Source: a virus. Taken from it: a DNA stretch of 64,000 nucleotides. This document shows, one piece after another, positions 45,289 through 53,834 of this stretch. Location: positions 1 through 64,000 of IMG/VR virus record IMGVR_UViG_3300027973_000030; one strand, given 5' to 3'. The notes beneath the pieces are model-generated. The model was not told the DNA's origin and made no database searches. It saw only the letters and a program-made list of their open reading frames with translations. Position numbers and translations under genes: made by a program. The first letter of the stretch is position 1, and each line of letters opens with the position of its first letter.

Positions 45289-45932
45289 TATAATAGTTTA
45301 TTTACCAATGAAACAGAAGCTTTCTTTAGAGCTGAACTTAAATTTTGTTGGTTAAACTTACCTCCCTCATCTACAAGAAGAGCGGACATACTTACCTCAT
45401 CAGCAGATTCCTCAACAGTTACTTTCTTCTCAAGTTTACCATCTTTGTATAGGTATCCTCTAAGTCTAATAACAACTGACTCTTTATTATTATGTAATAC
45501 TGAAAAACTAGATTGTGTTTTTAATACATCTAGATATATAATTTCTGCTGTAATTTTTAAATTAGAAGCTTTATCTAGTTCATATTCTTTTTCTTGAACT
45601 ACTTCTTCTAATATATTCTTTAGACCAAACTCTAGATTACGATTACCAGCTAAAGAACCTACAACAACTTTATTAGTTACAGATGATATATCTATCTTTT
45701 TAGGTTCTTCATACCAAATATTACCTGGACTGTCTTTAAAGGTTCCATCAAATGTCCAACTAAACCAGTTAGAAATGGCCATAGTCTTTTCTACTTGTCC
45801 TGAAAAGTGCAGGTACACCATATAACCCTCAAAGGTTAATGCAAATGCTAGCCATAGTCCTACAAAGACTAAAAAAGCTTTACCTATTAGGTCAAATAAC
45901 TTTTGGCTGTAATTAATAACGAGTGCTCTCAT
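45288..45932 (-). CDS. Membrane-anchored protein, possibly a distant CsgG-like paralogue (214 aa)
   Basis: N-terminal TM; C-terminal KFNQQNLSSALKKA resembles KFNQSTISIATKKA of 40859-41590. Confidence 0.55.
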   Translation of the reverse strand: MRALVINYSQKLFDLIGKAFLVFVGLWLAFALTFEGYMVYLHFSGQVEKTMAISNWFSWTFDGTFKDSPGNIWYEEPKKIDISSVTNKVVVGSLAGNRNLEFGLKNILEEVVQEKEYELDKASNLKITAEIIYLDVLKTQSSFSVLHNNKESVVIRLRGYLYKDGKLEKKVTVEESADEVSMSALLVDEGGKFNQQNLSSALKKASVSLVNKLL

Positions 45933-45965
45933 ATCTCTATATATTTATTAGAGAGCTTAGTAGTA

Positions 45966-46091
45966 TTATCTACCCTGCCCTCTATATTTACTAACTTTTT
46001 TAGCTTTAGGACCATTACTTTTACGTAAACGTCCACCTTTTCTTTTTCCAAAAGTGACTTTTCTTGAGTCACCAACTTTAGTTTTAGCCAT
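45966..46091 (-). CDS. Small basic peptide ending KYRGQGR (41 aa), not in the track
   Basis: MAKTKVGDSRKVTFGKRKGGRLRKSNGPKAKKVSKYRGQGR. Confidence 0.65.
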   Translation of the reverse strand: MAKTKVGDSRKVTFGKRKGGRLRKSNGPKAKKVSKYRGQGR

Positions 46092-46103
46092 TATTTGTTG
46101 GTT

Positions 46104-46703
46104 TTATGCAAGTAATGCATGATATTCTTGAAAGTGTTTGATACGATCAGGTAAACCTATAGTACCGCCATTAACTCTTTTAGTTATTTTAGTTACTACT
46201 TCAGAACTAGATCCTGTATCTGCAATTAGATTTAAACCATTCTTTTTCCAGAACCATGCTGCAGAAGCTAACGCATGCTTAGAAGAAACTAAGTCTGGAT
46301 TAGCAAGAATATCATCTTCTACGGCTAGATCAAATGCAGTGTAGTTTTGTTTACCAGTTAACTGAATATAACCTCTTCCACGGAATTTATAACCTTCACC
46401 TGAAGCTTCTAATCCATTACCCATTCTACCACCGTATACACGGTTAGCAATCTTTTCTGGTTTACGAGCGTAAGCATCAGCTAATGCTTGAGTAGGAAAG
46501 TATTTCTTAAAAATACCCATAAGACCTTTAGCTGAGTAGTTAAGGTTTTCTTGAGTAAGTCTGAATCCACCAGATTCATGACCACACTGTGCTAAAAAAT
46601 GTGCAAGACGTAAAGACGTATTTACACCAAACGTATCTATGACAGCCGGGATCTGTGCAATTACAGTATCCGGAACATGCCCCCTAAGCTTTTCTAAATT
46701 CAT
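46104..46703 (-). CDS. Glycoside hydrolase family 19 endolysin (199 aa)
   Basis: LAHFLAQCGHESGG, ENLNYS, FRGRGYIQLTG and TKRVNGGTIG. Confidence 0.92.
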   Translation of the reverse strand: MNLEKLRGHVPDTVIAQIPAVIDTFGVNTSLRLAHFLAQCGHESGGFRLTQENLNYSAKGLMGIFKKYFPTQALADAYARKPEKIANRVYGGRMGNGLEASGEGYKFRGRGYIQLTGKQNYTAFDLAVEDDILANPDLVSSKHALASAAWFWKKNGLNLIADTGSSSEVVTKITKRVNGGTIGLPDRIKHFQEYHALLA

Positions 46704-46719
46704 ATGTATAGTGTGTTTA

Positions 46720-46863
46720 TTACTTCTTCTTCTTACTAGCAGTACCAGACTTAATCTTTACTGATGTTTTCTTAACTTCGTTAGCAACTTGAGCTGCAGC
46801 TACTGCTTTCTCAACCTTGCTACCAAATAATAACTTCTTAACTAATTCAATAATCTTTTTCAT
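46720..46863 (-). CDS. Small cationic amphipathic peptide (47 aa, start MKKIIEL)
   Basis: MKKIIELVKKLLFG...KKKK, directly upstream of the endolysin. Confidence 0.6.
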   Translation of the reverse strand: MKKIIELVKKLLFGSKVEKAVAAAQVANEVKKTSVKIKSGTASKKKK

Positions 46864-46864
46864 A

Positions 46865-47491
46865 TTATTTTGTTTTTTTACCAATCTTCCAGTATGTCTG
46901 GAAACCATAAGATATATTACCATTGACATCAGATCCGGCTTTTAAACCATAGATCTTGTCTGATTTAGTTTTTAATATTAATCCTGCTTCTGCAGAATGT
47001 AATCCTAATGTTTGTGTTGTATTAACACCACCACCTACGTATAACTGATTCTTTGGTTTAGCATAATTAGTAACCGTAACTGTTTTAGTAACAAACGGTA
47101 TCTTATAATTATACTGCCAGGATCTACCTATAATTTTATTTTCTCTTACAGAATCTGTAACTGAAACATAACCTAGTGTATCTAGCTTTACACTGTCAAT
47201 GTATATAGCTAATGCTGTATAACTTTTAACAAGATTATCAAACTGTATCTTTAGAGCTGCATAATTAGTATCAGCTAGATATTCAGTTTTACCTTCTATA
47301 AATAAGCTATCATGTATAATCTTAGCCGGCTTAGGTTTAGCAAAGATTAAGCTATCATGAACTGACCAAGTAGTATCATGTACTACAAGAGTATCAGACC
47401 CTTGATGACTAGCTCCACCTATACAACCTTTATTCTGTAAAAGAACAAAGACTACTAGTACACCTATAATGAAAAAATATATTTTATTCAT
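46865..47491 (-). CDS. Membrane-anchored lysis-associated (spanin-like) protein (208 aa)
   Basis: N-terminal TM, repeated D(S/T)(L/V/T) and C-terminal beta-strands ending YWKI; in the lysis cassette. Confidence 0.5.
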   Translation of the reverse strand: MNKIYFFIIGVLVVFVLLQNKGCIGGASHQGSDTLVVHDTTWSVHDSLIFAKPKPAKIIHDSLFIEGKTEYLADTNYAALKIQFDNLVKSYTALAIYIDSVKLDTLGYVSVTDSVRENKIIGRSWQYNYKIPFVTKTVTVTNYAKPKNQLYVGGGVNTTQTLGLHSAEAGLILKTKSDKIYGLKAGSDVNGNISYGFQTYWKIGKKTK

Positions 47492-47726
47492 CTACTTTCT
47501 TTTTAAATGAGAACTTATCTCCAGTGTCACCAATTAATGCTGCTATGCAGATGTACATTACTGACTCTACTAAAGCATCTGAAGGTTTAATATCACCATG
47601 AGAAAAGCTATTAGCAGTTAATGTAACACATAGAAACAGTGCACACATAAAACCTACAACAGGTTTAATGGATGTGGTTCCACGCTCATCTTTGAAAAGA
47701 TCTAAAACCCATTGTTTAAAAGTCAT
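47484..47726 (-). CDS. Holin-like 2-TM protein (80 aa)
   Basis: Two TM helices, charged C-terminus, near the endolysin. Confidence 0.6.
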   Translation of the reverse strand: MTFKQWVLDLFKDERGTTSIKPVVGFMCALFLCVTLTANSFSHGDIKPSDALVESVMYICIAALIGDTGDKFSFKKKVDE

Positions 47727-48024
47727 ACTTAATTGTTTTATAATATTTACCTTTTAACGTTTTGTTATCAGGCAGAACAGCTAGAACTTGTTGAAAATCA
47801 ATAAGTTGTTTAGTAGGTTCTTCTGGAACACTTGCAGTTTTAAACATCTGACGCTCTAAATTATCAATCCTGGTCTTGTCTATATTAGACTGAGCCATTA
47901 ATAACTTTACATCAGATTTTATTTCGTTTACATCATTCCATATGAGTAAACTAACTAAAGATACTAGTGTAGGAAACACCCACACTTTAAAAGCTGCTAT
48001 AGACGGGTTTTCTCTAGGAGTCAT
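47716..48024 (-). CDS. Single-TM coiled-coil protein, holin/antiholin-like (102 aa)
   Basis: TM followed by EIKSDVKLL...RIDNLER. Confidence 0.55.
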   Translation of the reverse strand: MTPRENPSIAAFKVWVFPTLVSLVSLLIWNDVNEIKSDVKLLMAQSNIDKTRIDNLERQMFKTASVPEEPTKQLIDFQQVLAVLPDNKTLKGKYYKTIKYDF

Positions 48025-48033
48025 TGCATTACC

Positions 48034-48303
48034 TTATTTAGTAGGTTGAAACTCATAAACTAGACCAGCAGGCTTTTTTAAGCTAGCAATCAATGAGTTA
48101 GCAATGATTTTACCATTTCTGTCTTTACGTACAAAATATCTCATACTATTCTCACGAATGTTTTGAGGACTTGTAATAGTATCAGCAGCTGGAATCTCAA
48201 TAGTATCTACTGGAACTGGTTGTTCAGCAGAGATACTTTGCATTGTACCCGGAATAGGATATCCTAAATAATCCTTTTGGGCATAAAACTTTTTAGTTAC
48301 CAT
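48034..48303 (-). CDS. Hypothetical protein (89 aa)
   Basis: Internal duplication FYAQKD..G.PIPGT / YFVRKD.NG.IIANS; first gene after the late motif. Confidence 0.65.
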   Translation of the reverse strand: MVTKKFYAQKDYLGYPIPGTMQSISAEQPVPVDTIEIPAADTITSPQNIRENSMRYFVRKDRNGKIIANSLIASLKKPAGLVYEFQPTK

Positions 48304-48354
48304 GTTATAAACGATTTATATATAAACTTAGAATATGTAGAATTTCTATAATCC

Positions 48355-48370
48355 CTACATTATAATATAC
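48355..48370 (-). promoter_or_regulatory. Putative late promoter motif (GTATATTATAATGTAG) for the lysis/envelope block
   Basis: Closely matches the copy at 13550-13566. Confidence 0.55.
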
Positions 48371-48390
48371 AAAATATCAGTCAGATTATC

Positions 48391-48398
48391 TACATTTG
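48391..48398 (+). promoter_or_regulatory. Bacteroidota sigma70-type -7 element (TACATTTG)
   Basis: TAnnTTTG 24 nt upstream of the first replication-block gene. Confidence 0.55.
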
Positions 48399-48422
48399 TG
48401 CATAAAACCTCAAAATTAAGTT

Positions 48423-48959
48423 ATGGAAAACAAAGAGTACGCCTACGCACTACAAGAAAAACTAGTTTCTGAGTTCAGGCAGACATTTTATGAAAAATTA
48501 GGTTATTACCCAATCATTATTACGGAAATACAGACATCTAGCGGTGAATATAAGCCGATAATGACACTAGAAAAGCTAAAAACTATGTTTGATAAGTTTC
48601 TACCAGAAAGACATAACATAAAGCTTAAACTAGAATGCAAACACAGATATAGAGAAATAGTAGAATTAAGACATATCTACTGCTACATAGCAAGAGGTAT
48701 GAAATATGGTCTTAAAATAATAGGTCAGACAATAGGAAACAGAGATCACACCACTGTAATCCATAATGTAAACGTTTTCAATGACTTATACGAAACAAGC
48801 TATGAGTTTCGTGCTAAATATGCAACCATCGTTAAATATATAAAAGATAATCATGAGCCTTCAATTATGGACTACGTGCAGAAAGTACAGCTTGACCCCG
48901 AACCAAATGTTTTTGCTGGATTGTTACAACAGCAGCATAATGCCGGGGACGCTGATTAA
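48423..48959 (+). CDS. DnaA C-terminal (domain IV) HTH protein (178 aa)
   Basis: R.REIVELRHIYCYIAR...IGQTIGNRDHTTVIH is the DnaA domain IV signature. Confidence 0.8.
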   Translation: MENKEYAYALQEKLVSEFRQTFYEKLGYYPIIITEIQTSSGEYKPIMTLEKLKTMFDKFLPERHNIKLKLECKHRYREIVELRHIYCYIARGMKYGLKIIGQTIGNRDHTTVIHNVNVFNDLYETSYEFRAKYATIVKYIKDNHEPSIMDYVQKVQLDPEPNVFAGLLQQQHNAGDAD

Positions 48960-49461
48960 TGAAGATGCAGAATTACTACTGTGTCAGAAAATGGGAGTTA
49001 TAGACATGAGCGGAAAACTTACACCAATAGGTTTACAAGCTCTTGAAGAGTTCAAAACATTTCAAACAAAGACTAAAACTAAAGTAACCACTGAAGTTTT
49101 AGGTAAAGATTTCTTAGCTAAAGTAAAAGAGTATTTAAACATATTTCCAGACTCTACTAAGTTAAATGGAGGAAGAATACCTACATCAAAAGAACTTGCT
49201 AGACAAGGTATAGATGAAATAAAAGATAAATTTGTAAAATTTAGAAAAGCATATCCAAATTATAGTTGGGATCTTATACTAGACGCCACAGAATATTATG
49301 TGTATTTAAAGAGTTTAGATGATTATAACTATATGGTTACCAGTAGTTATTTTATTAGAAAAACAGATCCTCGTACAAAAGAAGTAGCTTCTAAATTAGC
49401 TGACCATTGTCAACTATTAATTGACAATCCAAATATTTTAAAAGATTTACAAGATAGTTAG
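48853..49461 (+). CDS. Hypothetical replication-associated protein (202 aa)
   Basis: Lies upstream of DnaB; overlaps the previous gene by 107 nt. Confidence 0.6.
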   Translation: MSLQLWTTCRKYSLTPNQMFLLDCYNSSIMPGTLINEDAELLLCQKMGVIDMSGKLTPIGLQALEEFKTFQTKTKTKVTTEVLGKDFLAKVKEYLNIFPDSTKLNGGRIPTSKELARQGIDEIKDKFVKFRKAYPNYSWDLILDATEYYVYLKSLDDYNYMVTSSYFIRKTDPRTKEVASKLADHCQLLIDNPNILKDLQDS

Positions 49462-49511
49462 TTTATTTTTAGGAAAAGTAGTATATTTACAATACAAAAC
49501 ACATAAATACA

Positions 49512-49739
49512 ATGACAGAAAAAAACATCACTTCAGACGAAGAGGCTCAAATTCTTGAGCTCTATGAAAAAGTAACAGTAACAATCCCAGGACTTAACAC
49601 AGAAATTAGAGCTATCAGTTTTGATGGTTTTAAACTTGCTGTAGAACAAATGATGCAAATAGCTGACTTAAAAGGTAAGCTAGAAGCGTTAGATGTTTCA
49701 TTAAAAGCTATTAGATCAGCTAAAATAGCTGAACTATGA
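49512..49739 (+). CDS. Hypothetical protein (75 aa)
   Basis: Coupled to the dnaB start. Confidence 0.6.
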   Translation: MTEKNITSDEEAQILELYEKVTVTIPGLNTEIRAISFDGFKLAVEQMMQIADLKGKLEALDVSLKAIRSAKIAEL

Positions 49740-50812
49740 GTATAAAACCCATAGATGATAGAGCTTACGGTGCTAGAAACTATTCAGAAATTCTAGCAGA
49801 AGGTTTAGGTTATATCAATGACAGAAGACATGGTAGGATTAAGTCCTTTAAAACACCATGGTTAGGTTTTAACAGAGCCGGTATAAACGGATTAGAATGG
49901 GGGTCACTACTTACTATTGGTGCAAGACCTGGTAGTGGTAAGACAATGATTTCTAGTCAGATATTACGTGAAGCTCATAAACAAAACCCCGATCAAGATT
50001 TTAACATATTAGAATTCCAATTTGAAATGGGTGCTAAACAATCAGCATCTAGAGCATTTGCTGCAGAAGTAGCTTTGGATTATAATGTTGTGTTAAGTAC
50101 TGATCGTCAATTAGATGACTACGTATATGGATTGATGCAAACACATCTTGCTGAAGTTAAAGCAATGGAAGCTGTTGGCATACGTAGAATACAAATTAAC
50201 AAACCTCTCACTAACAAAGAGATAGTTGATGCTGTACATTTATATTATAATAAACTTGGTGGTAAGCCAATGATTATTACAATAGATCATAGCTGGTTAA
50301 TCAAGAAAAATGCAGACGAGAGAGAAAAGATTGCAACACTCTACAATACAGTAGAAGCATTAATGCAACTTAAGAATGAACTTCCTGTAATTATTATAAT
50401 GCTTACACAGCTTAATAGAACTATAGATGATCCATCTAGAAAAAATCCAGGTTCTGTAGGTAACTTTCCTACATCATCAGATATCTTTGGTGGTGACGCT
50501 CTTATGCAAGGTTCAGATATGGTTGCAGTTTTAAACCGTCCGTATAAATCGGACATTAAAATCTACGGACCAAAATCATATGAATGTAAATCTGAAGATG
50601 TATTCATGCATCTATTAAAAAACAGAAATAATTCAGATGATAACAATCTCATCTATTTAAAAATGGATGGTGTAAGACAGCGTATGATAGAAGTAGCAGA
50701 ACCAGTTTCAAGAAACGCTTCTGGTAACTCTGGTACAGGAAAACCAAAAGGAAGATCTATTGGTCAATTTACAACAGGTAATGTCTCTGCCGACATCGGG
50801 GACGAATTATAA
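49736..50812 (+). CDS. dnaB: DnaB-like replicative helicase (358 aa)
   Basis: GARPGSGKT, FEM, IDH, LTQLNR, SDIFGGDALMQGSD and KNR. Confidence 0.88.
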   Translation: MSIKPIDDRAYGARNYSEILAEGLGYINDRRHGRIKSFKTPWLGFNRAGINGLEWGSLLTIGARPGSGKTMISSQILREAHKQNPDQDFNILEFQFEMGAKQSASRAFAAEVALDYNVVLSTDRQLDDYVYGLMQTHLAEVKAMEAVGIRRIQINKPLTNKEIVDAVHLYYNKLGGKPMIITIDHSWLIKKNADEREKIATLYNTVEALMQLKNELPVIIIMLTQLNRTIDDPSRKNPGSVGNFPTSSDIFGGDALMQGSDMVAVLNRPYKSDIKIYGPKSYECKSEDVFMHLLKNRNNSDDNNLIYLKMDGVRQRMIEVAEPVSRNASGNSGTGKPKGRSIGQFTTGNVSADIGDEL

Positions 50813-50843
50813 CAAAATACATTAACATTTAAAACAAAAGCAC

Positions 50844-51416
50844 ATGTCAAACTTTATGTCAGATGATGAACATAAGGAATGGAAAAAAGCTAAGCTTGAC
50901 GCCATCCGTGATTATCATCAAGAATTAATTGATGATCTTAAAATCTTAAGAACAGATTTTAACATGAAGATGCCGTTCTACAATTCTCGTGGTGAGATGG
51001 TAGTAGGTATCTTTGCATCAGAGTTTAAAAAAGAAAAAGGTTTCTTCTTTGAACTAGTAACTAGAGGTTTAGAACCTATCAACACTGAAAGAACAGTATA
51101 CAGAGTTCAACCAAGTGTAACATTTCAAGATGAATATGAACTAAATGAAAAAGGTTCGTATCTTGTGTCACTGGATGAATTAAGAACTGTTAATCCACAG
51201 TCAGTAGCAATTAGTAAATCTTCTGCTGTTACTAGCAGTGATAGATTTAATACTAAGCAACCAACAGCTCCTACACCAGATGTTATGTACAAAGCTCCAG
51301 CACCTATGGAAGACGCTCCTTATAGTGAAATGACTATAAGAGACTATTACGCTATACATACAGGTAAGCCTGTTAGTGTTAAAACATGGTTAAACGAACT
51401 TATAAAACAAAAATAA
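50844..51416 (+). CDS. Hypothetical protein (190 aa)
   Basis: C-terminal MTIRDYYAI motif. Confidence 0.7.
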   Translation: MSNFMSDDEHKEWKKAKLDAIRDYHQELIDDLKILRTDFNMKMPFYNSRGEMVVGIFASEFKKEKGFFFELVTRGLEPINTERTVYRVQPSVTFQDEYELNEKGSYLVSLDELRTVNPQSVAISKSSAVTSSDRFNTKQPTAPTPDVMYKAPAPMEDAPYSEMTIRDYYAIHTGKPVSVKTWLNELIKQK

Positions 51417-51417
51417 T

Positions 51418-52101
51418 ATGGGACAAGGAATTTTAGTAATTGCAGAATCAGGTAGTGGTAAATCCACTAGTATAGAAAAACTAGATCCAAAAGAAACGTT
51501 TATTATCAACATTGCTAATAAACCATTACCTTTCAGAGGTTGGAGAAAAAACTATACTATTTGGTCTAAGGATAATCCTGCTGGTAACATGTATGATAAA
51601 GCTTCACCTGCAAATATTGAGGCAGCTTTAAAATATATCAGTGAGAAACGTCCAGAGATTAAGAACATTATAATTGATGACTTTCAATACATGAGCTCAT
51701 TTGAGTTCTTTGAAAGAGTAGACGAGAAAGGTTATGAGAAATTCACACAGATCGGTGCACATTTAGCTCGTATAGCTAGACTACCTAAAGATCTTAGAGA
51801 AGACCTTATGATATTCATCTTAACCCATGCAGAAGAATCTACTGATATGGAAGGTAAAAAGAAGTTTAAAGCAAAAACTATTGGTAAAATGGTTGATGAA
51901 AAACTTACTTTAGAAGGATTATTTTCCATAGTTTTGTTTGGTAAAGTAAAAAAAGACAAAGACGGTAACATCAGATATGTATTTGAGACATCTAACAATG
52001 GTGAAAATACATGTAAGTCTCCTAGAGGGATGTTTGAGTCATTTGAGATAGCTAATGATCTGCAACTTGTAAAAGAAGCAATTACAGCTTATGAAAACTA
52101 G
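51418..52101 (+). CDS. AAA/P-loop ATPase (Sak4-like) (227 aa)
   Basis: AESGSGKST, IIIDD and CKSP. Confidence 0.8.
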   Translation: MGQGILVIAESGSGKSTSIEKLDPKETFIINIANKPLPFRGWRKNYTIWSKDNPAGNMYDKASPANIEAALKYISEKRPEIKNIIIDDFQYMSSFEFFERVDEKGYEKFTQIGAHLARIARLPKDLREDLMIFILTHAEESTDMEGKKKFKAKTIGKMVDEKLTLEGLFSIVLFGKVKKDKDGNIRYVFETSNNGENTCKSPRGMFESFEIANDLQLVKEAITAYEN

Positions 52102-52139
52102 TGTATAAATTAAACGTTTAATATTTAAATTCAAACAAC

Positions 52140-52751
52140 ATGTTCAGCACAAAAGGACAAGAAGTCAAAGCAACAGGTGGAGTACAAAAGTCTCTACAAT
52201 CAGGAGTAGTTTACGCACATATCTATAGTGCGTTAGTAAGAGATTCTAAAGGTACTGGTAAAAAGTCCTTAGAATTAGTTTTAGAAACCCCGCCTATAGA
52301 CGGTTTTGAGGGTTGGGCAATCAGTAAAGATGATTTAGAAGGACCTAAGTTTAAAGGTCAGTCATCAAGAGTATCTGCAAGTATCTGGATAGATACATTT
52401 AATGAGACTAGTCCATCTAAAAATGAGATTATGAACAAGCTTAGCGTTATTGCTGTAGAACTAGGTCTTAAAGACGAGTTAGATAAAATTAACGCATCTA
52501 GTATTGAAGACTGGGTTGCTCAAGTAGCAAACCTATTGAAAGGTAAAGATTTATATTTCTTCTTAAAAGGAACTGAAGAAGAGTATAATGGTAAGACTAT
52601 AATTAAATTATCTTTACCTAAGTATAAATTTGCAGCTGCAGATGAAGCTAAGTTAGATAAATTTGATAAGACTAATCAATATCATTATAAAGCTATGCAA
52701 ACTAAAGCTGTAGCTAGCTTTGAGCCAGCTAATGATGATTTTGAAATGTAA
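52140..52751 (+). CDS. Putative ssDNA-binding protein (203 aa)
   Basis: Between the ATPase and primase; acidic tail ending DDFEM. Confidence 0.5.
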   Translation: MFSTKGQEVKATGGVQKSLQSGVVYAHIYSALVRDSKGTGKKSLELVLETPPIDGFEGWAISKDDLEGPKFKGQSSRVSASIWIDTFNETSPSKNEIMNKLSVIAVELGLKDELDKINASSIEDWVAQVANLLKGKDLYFFLKGTEEEYNGKTIIKLSLPKYKFAAADEAKLDKFDKTNQYHYKAMQTKAVASFEPANDDFEM

Positions 52752-52770
52752 GTTGGATTAGTAAATATAA

Positions 52771-52803
52771 CGGGGGGTGTTTCTACACTCCCCTATTTTT
52801 TTT
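52771..52803 (+). terminator. Intrinsic terminator
   Basis: GGGGGGTGT-TTCT-ACACTCCCC plus T-run. Confidence 0.8.
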
Positions 52804-52820
52804 AATTTAAAAACTGTGTT

Positions 52821-53801
52821 ATGTTTAAGACCAAAAACTTGGTACATGACATTAAAGATGTACCAGTAGCATGGATATTTGAACATTTCTGCAAATTAAA
52901 AGAAAAGCTTAATGGTCACGATGTAAAGATAAAGTCTCTCTTCAATTTGAAAGAGCGTACACCAAGTATGTGTATATATTATGACGCTAAGAAATCTTCT
53001 TACCGTTATAAAGACTTCTCATCAGGCAAAGGTGGTTCAGCAATAGATCTTGTAAAAGATATTGAAAACTTATCTTACTACAAAGCTTGTTCTTTAGTTG
53101 TAGAAAAGTACAATGACTTCGTACTTCACAACAATGGGGGTTATGACTTACAAGAATTTAAACAAGCATCTAAGTATAAGGTAACTACCTATATATTTAG
53201 ATCGTGGAATACCCAAGATCAATATTTCTGGACCCAGTTTAATATTGGTACTAGACTTCTTGAAGAGTATCAAGTGAGACCTTTATCAGCATACACTATG
53301 CACAAAGATAATGATGGCAGTCCTATAGACTTAACCATTAAAGGTAATTACTTATACGGTTATTTCAAGACAGACGGTACGCTGTATAAAATATACCAAC
53401 CTAAAACTTTAGATAAAAAGTTTATAAAGGTTGCAGATTATATACAGGGATCAGAACAATTAAAAAATCATAAGTGGTTGATAATCACATCCTCTCTTAA
53501 AGATCTAATGGCATTAAGAAGTCTTAAACTGCCTTTAGATATAATAGCTCCAGACTCAGAGAACACTGTTATACGTAAAGAAGTCATGGAAGGATACATT
53601 AACAAATACGAAAAAGTAATTGTTATGTTTGACTTTGATGACCCCGGTATTAAAGCTATGGAAAAGTACAAAGAACTGTATCCAGAGATTGAACATACTG
53701 CTTTACCTATGAGTAAAGACCCTGCAGATTCTATTAAAGACTACGGTGCCAAAGAAGTCTACTACCGTATAGTCCCATTATTAAACAAAAAAATTGTTTA
53801 G
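52821..53801 (+). CDS. dnaG: DNA primase (DnaG-like, crAss-type) (326 aa)
   Basis: ERTPS...YKDFSSGKGG N-terminal domain; TOPRIM ITSSLKD...FDFDDPG...KDPAD. Confidence 0.85.
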   Translation: MFKTKNLVHDIKDVPVAWIFEHFCKLKEKLNGHDVKIKSLFNLKERTPSMCIYYDAKKSSYRYKDFSSGKGGSAIDLVKDIENLSYYKACSLVVEKYNDFVLHNNGGYDLQEFKQASKYKVTTYIFRSWNTQDQYFWTQFNIGTRLLEEYQVRPLSAYTMHKDNDGSPIDLTIKGNYLYGYFKTDGTLYKIYQPKTLDKKFIKVADYIQGSEQLKNHKWLIITSSLKDLMALRSLKLPLDIIAPDSENTVIRKEVMEGYINKYEKVIVMFDFDDPGIKAMEKYKELYPEIEHTALPMSKDPADSIKDYGAKEVYYRIVPLLNKKIV

Positions 53802-53808
53802 ACTCACC

Positions 53809-53816
53809 TATCTTTG
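53809..53816 (+). promoter_or_regulatory. Bacteroidota sigma70-type -7 element (TATCTTTG)
   Basis: TAnnTTTG 18 nt before the HNH gene. Confidence 0.5.
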
Positions 53817-53834
53817 TAAGAACAAATAATATTT

